A stretch of 64,000 bases of DNA from Blastocystis sp. Blastoise (taxonomy: Eukaryota; Protista; Bigyra: Opalinata), in contig JBBPEB010000012.1 of the NCBI GenBank assembly GCA_039096225.1, positions 143,071 through 207,070 on the forward strand, read 5' to 3'. Position numbers and translations under genes: made by a program. Positions 54,501 to 64,000 of this stretch are shown here, in pieces; the stretch's first letter is position 1; every line of letters begins with the position of its first letter. The notes under the pieces were generated by a model, which was not told where the DNA came from, did no database searches, and saw only the letters and a list, made by a program, of their open reading frames with translations.

Positions 54501-57500
54501 ATAATACATAACAATATTAGACTTAGTATTATAAACACCTTCAGCATAACTAAGAATACCTTCAGGAAGATATATAGTTACAATATCAGAAGATTGAGCA
54601 GTTATACTTAATTTATATGTATTTTCATTAATAACTTCAGAATTTATTAAATCAGCATTAGTAATAGATAATAAACTTAATGAAGCTGTAGATAAAGGAA
54701 GTGAAGATACAAGATAAACGATAATTTCATTAGTAGATATATAGAAACCAGTAGATTCAGGAATTAACCATGAATTCAAAATTTTTATAGTATAAGAACC
54801 AATTATAGAATTAGAAGAAATAATAGCATGATTATACGTATCAATAATAGAATCTGGTAAATAAATAGAGAAATCATTTTGAGAAGATATAGAAACAGTT
54901 AATAGATAAACAGTATCAGATAAAGCTAAAACATTAGAAACAACACAGTTATTAACAGCAAAAGGAGAATAAATAGAAAGAGACACGCTTTGACTGAAAA
55001 CAGCGTAGACAGACACAACATTATGATTAACATTGTATTTAATAGCAGAGGTTAGAATAGAAGATGTTTTAGAAAAATTATTATATAGCTTAAAATCAGA
55101 ATATACACTTGATTTACCCATATTAACACTTTTTGTGATAAGGTTAAGACGAGTAGATATAGCTGAAGTTTGTGTATCATCTATATATTCAGATGACCAA
55201 AAACCACTACCAGGATACTTATATGAACAATAAAATATATTTTTAGCATCTCTTCTTAAACGAATAGATATATCTGTAACTGCGCCACCAATAGTAGTGT
55301 AGTAAGTACCACCAGTTTTATATGATTTATACACTAATCGAAGAGGATAATTTATCGAATAATAGTCAACAAGACATAAAGTAATTGGATATTGACCATC
55401 TTCAGAAGTAATAGCATAACCAGCAGCATGATTAGTTGTTCCTGTAGGGAAATGAATAGTAACTTCACTTGTAAATTCTTTAGGCATAGGTTTATACATG
55501 AAAGGAGCATTGTTTCTTTTTGTTTGAGTAATATCAGTATTAGCAGTAGTAGTAATAGTCATTTGACCATTAGCATAAGAAACACTAGCAATAGAAGGAT
55601 TCGGGAAATCTTGTTTCCATCCAGAAGTAGCAGAGAATGGTTCATTATAATAAAGAGTATTTGTTGTTGGAATAACATACATATTATCACTACCACCACA
55701 ATAAGATAAATTATCACCAGCACAAATAGTAGTACATAAAGAATTATCAACATGTTGAGTTAAATCATCATATGTAGGTATACAAACACATTTATTACCT
55801 TGAGTTAAACCATAATATTCAGAAGAAGCACATTCAACTAAACAATCTTCAGGAGACATATTATCAATAGTAATAATAGGAAGAGAAGAAGACATAGACA
55901 TACAGCCAAGAGTAGATTTAATTTGTTGATACGGAGTAATAGGTACAGTAGAAACAACTAAATGGGAGAAATAAGTCTTAGCTGAACGAGTAACAGCACT
56001 TCCATCTTCATCAAAGCCATGAATACATAATCTATCAACACCACTCATATCACTATTAGGAGAAGAAGAAAATTTAGTCCAAGAAGTATGAGCAGCAGTT
56101 GTATCTTGTTTGAAATAATAATCATATTGAGTATTAGATACTTTAACAAACTTGAAATCAACCCAATTAGTATAAGTACCAGAGAAAGCAGCATTAACAT
56201 TATAAGACCAACTACTTAATTTTCTTTGATGTTTTACAGAATATCCAGCATCCCAACGTTCAAGACAAATAGCATCAGCTAACCAACTTAAACTACTTGT
56301 TTTTGCTAAACCAATACAACCTTGTTGTTTTGAACCAGGATTTGAACTAAATTTCATACTAAATGTAAGTTCAGTCCAACCAGTAGGAAGAGTATGAGAG
56401 AAATAAATAACATTATTTCTACTACCCCATTCAACATTTCCTGATCCAAGATAACTTAATGTACCAACAGTTTCACCATCAACAGTTTCAGCAGCAAAAG
56501 AAGTACGAACAACACTTGAATAACCATCATTTGGCCAATCGTTTATACTACTAAAAGTGGTAGAATAAACAACAGAAAGATTATGAATATATAGAGTATG
56601 AACAGTATCTTTTGATGTTAAATATTCATCAGTAATAGAAGTACTAGCAGCAAATGTGAAATAAGTAGCATCAAGAGAAGAATCTAAAGGAATACTAACA
56701 TATACAGTACCTGTACTAGACTTTAAATAAATAGTTGTTGAATCAACTAATATTTCATAAGCAGCAGAAGTAGAACAATCAACAGGAGTACCTAAAACAG
56801 TAGAAACAGTTTCATCATTAATAATTGAGACAATCTTACTATTACCACAAACAGTTATTTCATATCTATTACTATTAAAAGTTTCTAAAGAATTACTAAA
56901 AGCAATCTTAAGATTATTATCATTAGTAGACATATAATTAAATTTGATAGATCCAAAATTAGTAGTAGGTAATTTCCATCCTGAAGATATATAATTATAA
57001 TAATTATTTTCTTGTACAGCAGGTAATATATAAGAAGTTAATCTAGAAGGAATAATATAAGAATAAACATTAGATTGAGCAGAAGTCATAGTAGAAGTCT
57101 TAACAACGCCTGAAGGTAAGAAGAAAGTAGAGATACCGTTAATATTAGGATAGAATAAATATTCATGATTATTTGTACCAGATAACATAACACCATTTCC
57201 TACAATCCATTGAGAAGGAAGAAGAGTAGCTCCTTCAGGTAATTCAACATTAATAACAATAGGAATATCAGTAGTACCAGAAGTAGTATCCGATACAGTT
57301 ATAGTAAGAGGAGTATAAATACTACTACTTGATCCAGAAGAAATAGAAAGATTCTTTATATAAGCAGGAGATTCACCAGTACTAAATGTAAAATATGTAG
57401 CTACAATAGTATTATATTCATAAGAAACAAGAGTAGATTCACTAGTTGATTCAATACCTGTGCCAATAGAAATAACATTATTTTTATAATTAACCCAATA

Positions 57501-60500
57501 AGTTTGATAATTATCACTTACTATAGTAATATCATGAGTTATAGTAGATAATACAGTACCAGCACCATTAGAAATAACAGTTTGAGTACCAGTAGATTTA
57601 CCGAAATTAATTATAAGACTATTATCATTAATCGATTGAGCAGTAGATAAAGCAATAATAATACCTTCTTTAGAAGATAAACTTAAAGTAAAGAATAATT
57701 CACCATTTGAAATAGCATATGTAGCAGGCCAAATTGGATAATTACTATTAGAATTAATATAAGGAATAATAGTAGCTGTTTCACTTCTATGAATATCAAG
57801 AGAAGCAGCAGGTGAAGAAGTACCACCAAGAGTAACTAAACCTTCAGGAATAGTAATAGTAATAGGAGTAATAGGAGCATTAATAGTAGCAATACAACCA
57901 TTACCTGTATTATATACATCAATTACTTGATATCCATCAGAAACTTGTATATCACTGCTATAAATAGTAACAGGTACATTAAATGTTAAAGTAACAGGAA
58001 CATAGATATATTGAGAAGCAGTTTCAGGATTCCATGTAAGAGATACAGTAATAGGAATAGATTCTCTAGACCATGTAGTAGCAGAATTACCTATAGTTGA
58101 TTCACCAACTTGAAGAGATACAGAATTTTCAGGAATAGTAATACTATGAACATTATCATTAATACCAGTATTTACTGATGATACTTTAAATGTATATTCA
58201 TCATTAGATACTTTAGTAAATTCAGATACTTCCATATTAACAGTTTGAACAGAAGAACTAACAAGTTCTGTAGTAGGTACACGAGTAAACTTTAATGTAG
58301 CACTATAAGGAGAAGAAGAAGTATCTATAGTAAGTTCAGGAACAGGAATTCTAGTATCATTATCAGTATTTAAACTTGTAATACGAACATTTCTATAATA
58401 AACAGGATTACCCCAGTTATCTAATACAGCTACAAAAGAAGTATATGTAAATTCAGGGAATGAAGCATAAGAAAGAGCAGCAGTAGCACCATCCGAATAA
58501 GTACCTTTACCAAGAGTAACAGTAGTACCAACTTTCTTTACCCACATAGGTACATAAGTACCACTTGTACACCAATTAGCTTGAGTACCTGTTGCAAGAT
58601 TTGTATTAGTAGAATCAACAGTCTTTCTTATAGTTAAACCACTATTACTACCACCACCTAAAACAAAAGTTAAATAAGTACTTGTAGTAGAAATAGGATA
58701 TTCACGAATACCAATAAGTGCATCATTTTGACAATTAGCTTCAAAAGTAATAACAAAATCTTTACTACCTGTATTCCAACGTAATTGTTGATAATATTCA
58801 GTATCAAATTTTTCTTTACCACCATCATCTGAAACAGTTCTTAAGTTTTCAGTTGCAGTTAAGAATGAAGCAAAAGGAATTTCAAATACACAAAGAGAAT
58901 TACCATCATCACCACAAATATTTCTATTTAAAGTAATAACACCAGGTTGAGATATATCTGTATTATCAGCTAATTTAAATATACCAGTATAAACATAACC
59001 AGAAACAGAAGATGATTTAATAGTACCATAACTAGCAGATATTTCAGAAGTAGCAATAGTAATACCTAAAGCACTAGTATCAATAGTAAAAGATACAATA
59101 GATGAAGTAACAGGAATAGCACTGTGAATAGTGAAAACTCTTAAATTATGTGAAATAGGTACAGAAAGAATATTTGTAATAGAAATAGTATTACTCATAG
59201 AATTATAGATTTTATTAGAATCAAAAGCAACTTTAGCTTTAACATGAAGAGAAATAGTACCTAAAGTAAGAGGAGTAATAGTATACGTAAAATGAGTAGC
59301 ATCAATAGGAGTAGGAAGATTAATAGTAACAGCATCCATAGGTACAGTACTAAATATAGTATTATCAATACCAGTAAGTTCTTTAGAAGTAGTTACAGAA
59401 ATAGTAAAAGGAGTAGAATCAGAAATAGAAGTAGTTTCACTAGAAATTGATATAGTAGGTACAGATTTTTGATTATATAAATTATCTACTATAGCATCAT
59501 TAATAGGAACACCATAAATACGTACTTGACTCATAGTAAAACTACCAGAACTACCAATATATAAAGGATTAGCTTCATTCTTGAAAACTTTACCGAAATC
59601 AAGAGATTTTATGTATACTTATTATCAATATAAATAGAAACATTAGAATTAGTTGTTGATGTTGCTTGTAAAGTATATACAATATGATGCCATTGATTAA
59701 CAGCAGGAGCTGTATAACTCATTAAATATAATCCAGTACGATCACCAGTATAAATATATAATTCATTTTTCTTTTATACCAATTTCATAATCTAAATGAT
59801 CATTATCAGCAAACATCTTCTTAATAAATGTAAATGTTTGAGAATTATCAGAAGTCTTATACCAGAAACTAATAGAAATACCACTATTAATAATAGGAGT
59901 AGAGAAAGTAATATCTTCAGTATTTTCACATTCCCAAGAAGGAGTAGTAGAAGTAAATGTATATGCAGAATTAGAAGTACTTGAAGAATCATAAGTCCAA
60001 GAACTAATAGTATTTTGATAAATACAATTCTTATTAGCTATTTCATCATTACCTGTATTCTTAAATGAATAATCACGTACAAGCGAATAAGCAGTAAAAG
60101 ATTCACTTATAATACTAGTAGAAGTAATAGCAGGAATAGAATAATCTTCAGCAACCTCAGAAGGTAATTCAATAGAAACATCAACAGATTCTAAAATTTC
60201 TGCTTCTGTTATAAATACAGGAGCAATACCAAAAGTAACAACATTCTTATTAATAGAAACAGTACTTAAAACAGCATTAGTTATAGAAATTAAAGAACTA
60301 TCAAATGTAGCTACTTGACGAGGATAAGTAATAGTATACATAATAAGAGAAGCATATTTATTATTTCCTTCAATAGATTTCACAACAGTACCAGTAAAAG
60401 GAGAATTAGTAGTAAATATCCAAGTATTTTCAGAAGAAACATTAGGACAAGGAGTACCATCTAAAGCAGTACATATATTACTATCCATAGAGAATTGAAT

Positions 60501-63500
60501 AGAACGTCCAAGAGCAAATCCACCAGGTAATATAATATATAAAGTAGTAAGAGATGATTCTAAAGAAGAAATAAGAATATCACCATTATATTCATCACTA
60601 TGTTCACTATCAAAATAATGAATAACACTATTACCATTAAAGAGAACTTCTTGACCAAAAGAGAAAGTAATAGGAGTATTAGAAGACATACTAGTAGAAG
60701 ATTCAGGATTAAATATAGGAATAAATGAACTAGATTCAGGATTCTCTATAATAGAATTATAAGTAATTATATATTCAGTATATTTATTATATATATCAGT
60801 AGTAGTAGATTGAATAAATTCAGTATCAAATATTAATTTTGTAGTTAAAGTACGAGTACCTGAAGAAATAGGGAAAGAAATATGAATAGAAGGAGAAGGT
60901 AAAGTAGTAGATGTCCAAGACATAATAGTATCTTTACCACCAATAGAATTCATAATAGATACTTTATTTATATTTATATTCTTTACAGATTCACTAAATT
61001 CAATAGGAATATCAATAATATTTGAAGTAGTAGTTAAAGGAACTGTAATACGAATAGAAGGAATAGCAAATGTATTATATAATTCAATCATTTCATTATT
61101 AGTTAATACATATTTATATAATTTGAAATCAGAAACAGTAATACCACCAGTTTCACCAAGAATAACAGGAGATTGACTAGATATATACATAGAAGAATAA
61201 GTACATGTAGTAGATTCACCATTAATATATATAGTTTTAGTACCAGAATAAGCACTAGTAGTTTTCATAGTAAAACCTATATGAGTCCAAGTATCTATAT
61301 TAAGAATTACATTAGTATTATAATAAGCACAAGTATCCATTTCATTACCAGTAGATATAATTAATTCATTATTATCATTTATAAAAATAGAATAATTATT
61401 ACCATTAGTACCAGCTTTAGTAAGAATATTCTTTGAACCTATAGAATCTATCTTAAACCATAAAGAAATAGACAATTCATCACCAATAGAAGAATAAGGA
61501 GAAGTTGATATTGAATAAGGAGTATTAATATCTTTATCTTCATAAGAAAGACCACCAGTAAGAAGTTGAATAGCTTCATTCTCTGTATTTCTTGAATCTA
61601 CTACATATTTATTTATACCTAATTCAGTAGCATAACCAATATGATTATTATAAGATTCATTAAGAACAGGTATAGGACGATAAGCAATAGTAAGTGTAGT
61701 AGAAAAAGGACTACGAGGAGTAAGAATTTGATTTTCAGTATTTAAAAGGAATCCAGTATTAAATGTAATTATACATTCAGAAGAACGACGAATAAGAATA
61801 GTATATTGAGGTAAAATAGAAATATCATTAATAGTTGATTCAATAGAACAACCTTCATTTAATAATATAGAATTTGTATCAATATGATAATTTTGACCAT
61901 AAAAATCAAAAGAAATAGGAATTTCTTTCATTACATGAGATGAAGTAGGAATAGATATATCTATATTAACAGGAGCTATCATACATTCACTACTATCAAT
62001 TATATTAGACCATTCACCTTGATTACTATCATTATTAGAAACATTACAAGATCGTTTACGATTCCCTTCAAGTCCTTCACCACAAGCAATAGAACGTATT
62101 GTATTTATTTCTGTAGCAGGCCATATATATCCTTCATATTCTTCTTGAATACATACTATCTTACCACAATTATTCTCTATATCACCCCAAGTCATATCTT
62201 TATTACAGAAACGAATGATACTACCATCATTATTAGGACAAGTAATAGAAGCATAACTATTTGTATTTGTAGTTTCAAATACCATAGAATCAGTTGTAAT
62301 AGAATTACATTGATTACGAATACAAGTATTTATTATATTAGTCCATATAGGAGGATATATAGATCCACAAGTAGCTGATTTTATACCTGTATATAAAGTA
62401 TTATCACCACAAGAACCAATAGCATTCTCACCAGTAGCAGTAGTAGGATAATTATCACCACTACAATAAGTTTCTTCTACTATAATAGTAATAATAATCT
62501 CTATAGAATTCTTAGAATTAGATACAGTCACAATATAATTAGTAGAACTTAATAATGAAGACATAGAACCAGATATAATACCAGTATTCTCATTAAATAA
62601 TAATCCATTAGGAAGAGAAGGAGATATATTAATAGAAGTAGCTATACCATTATAAGATAATATATTTCTTATAGATTCATAACGATGTAATCTTAACGCA
62701 TTATATTGATAAGTAACATCAGAAATAGGATTATAATAGCAAGTATCTCTTTGTTCAGTACTCCACATACCATAAGCAAATGGTTTATCATTAGGATTAG
62801 AACATAAATAATACGATTTACCACTATATCCAGAAGGACAATCGATTTCATATTTATTATTTAAATATGTATAAGGTAAAGTTAAAGAATCAACTTCACT
62901 TTGGAAACAACGAGAATAATCTTCTCTATACATATTAGAAGAAGGAATTAAGACTTTTTCAGTCATATCTGAAGATTTCCAATATAATTTTAATTTATGA
63001 GAAACACCATTTGTTCTATATTGTACAAAGAACATAACAGGTGTATTAGCTACAAGATCTAAATCAAAAGATCCAGTATATTCACCACAAACATTATTTG
63101 TAAGTTTAGTTACACCATCAACATTTATTTTAATACCATCAATAGCTTCTATACTAATAGTATAAGTATTTGTATTTGTAGGATATAAAATAAAAGTATA
63201 AGAAGCAAAGAAATTATCAGTTAAACTATTTCCAGAAGTACCAAATGTATTACCATTTTCATTAGATAAATCCATCATTAATTCACTTGTAAAGAATGTA
63301 TTCATAGTACTAGCATAATAATTAACAGTACAACCAGTAGATGTTTCTGTTTTATATTGAGCTAAAATACCATGAGTACTCATACGATATTGACCTGTTA
63401 TTTCTTTGAAACTACTATCATTAGGTCCTTTCATTTGTATTTCAATACCACCAGCACCACCACCATTATAATTTATAATATAAAGCATTATGCCAACCTT

Positions 63501-64000
63501 TTGTAAGTGTTTTAGGACTTACAGATGTCCAACTACCAAGATATGTATTTTGATTAATTACAGCATTATTTATATTTAAAGAATCAATTAAGAAATATAC
63601 TTGATCATCTACTTTATATTGGAAACTATAACTACCTGTAGTATCTGAATAAATCATAGAATGAAATGTAAAAATAGAATTTTCAGTAGTATCAACATTA
63701 TTTGGTGCTGATCTGCAGAACAATATGCTTGATTAATAGAATCATAGAAATATACTTGTCTTGGAAGAATAGGTACAATATCATTAACACTAATATAAGA
63801 AGAAAAAGAAGTATGATGTCTCATAATCCATTTATTAACTTCAACAAATGATTCTTCAGACTCACATATATTATTACAAGTAAATTCATCATGATTACAA
63901 GTAACTGCATTCATCTTTCTACCATCTTTACAAATACAATAACCAGATATAGTAGAAGGAATCATAGAAGAACAAGTATATACATTAGTAGTATCAATAA
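51580..64000 (-). CDS. N-terminal/central part of the same giant multidomain protein (PA14-like x2, LamG/ConA-like, Ig-like, FAMeT-like, WSC, He_PIG, HRM-like, F5/8C-like); continues beyond the window
   Basis: ORFs of 103, 85, 1241 and 2537 aa abut with frameshifts (~63720, 63470, 59760-59620, 51925). Motifs: YSFQYKVDDQV and YTISIEAIDGIKINVDG (PA14); ISLWFK...WTHIGFT...IYING (LamG); MSPEDCLVECAS.YYGLTQGNKCVC...CAGD..SYCGG (WSC); FVLGGGSNS...MWVK (FAMeT-like); YTLIAANDC..RHPSDWTLIGSND (F5/8C-like). Confidence 0.82.

Overview
This is very AT-rich, intron-rich eukaryotic DNA (GT(AT)n...TATAG introns, standard code). The gene content resembles a Blastocystis-like stramenopile, which is an inference. 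Positions 5404-26384 hold two adjacent, oppositely oriented CACTA (CMC/EnSpm) DNA transposons, each with intact CACTA TIRs and a 3-bp TSD, separated by 77 bp and inserted just upstream of a BTB-like/TLDc gene. Element 1 (7.9 kb) has no transposase. It carries an intron-retaining, decayed USP9X/24/34-like gene fragment, a Gly-rich micro-exon series and a nested 1.07-kb Mutator-like element (213-bp TIRs, 9-bp TSD). Element 2 (13.0 kb) carries a multi-exon EnSpm-type transposase, a divergent 228-aa orphan ORF and about 5 kb of strongly C-depleted, decayed LRR-like cargo. Host genes are YOP1/REEP, TLDc, UPF0390/C19orf53-like, a 41-aa TM micropeptide, a PH-domain protein, SGTA and DPAGT1/ALG7. The last 25 kb is a giant minus-strand multidomain surface/adhesin-like gene with a 2001-bp tandem repeat. 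It is broken by a garbled 2.8-kb stretch and single-base frameshifts that look like long-read assembly errors.
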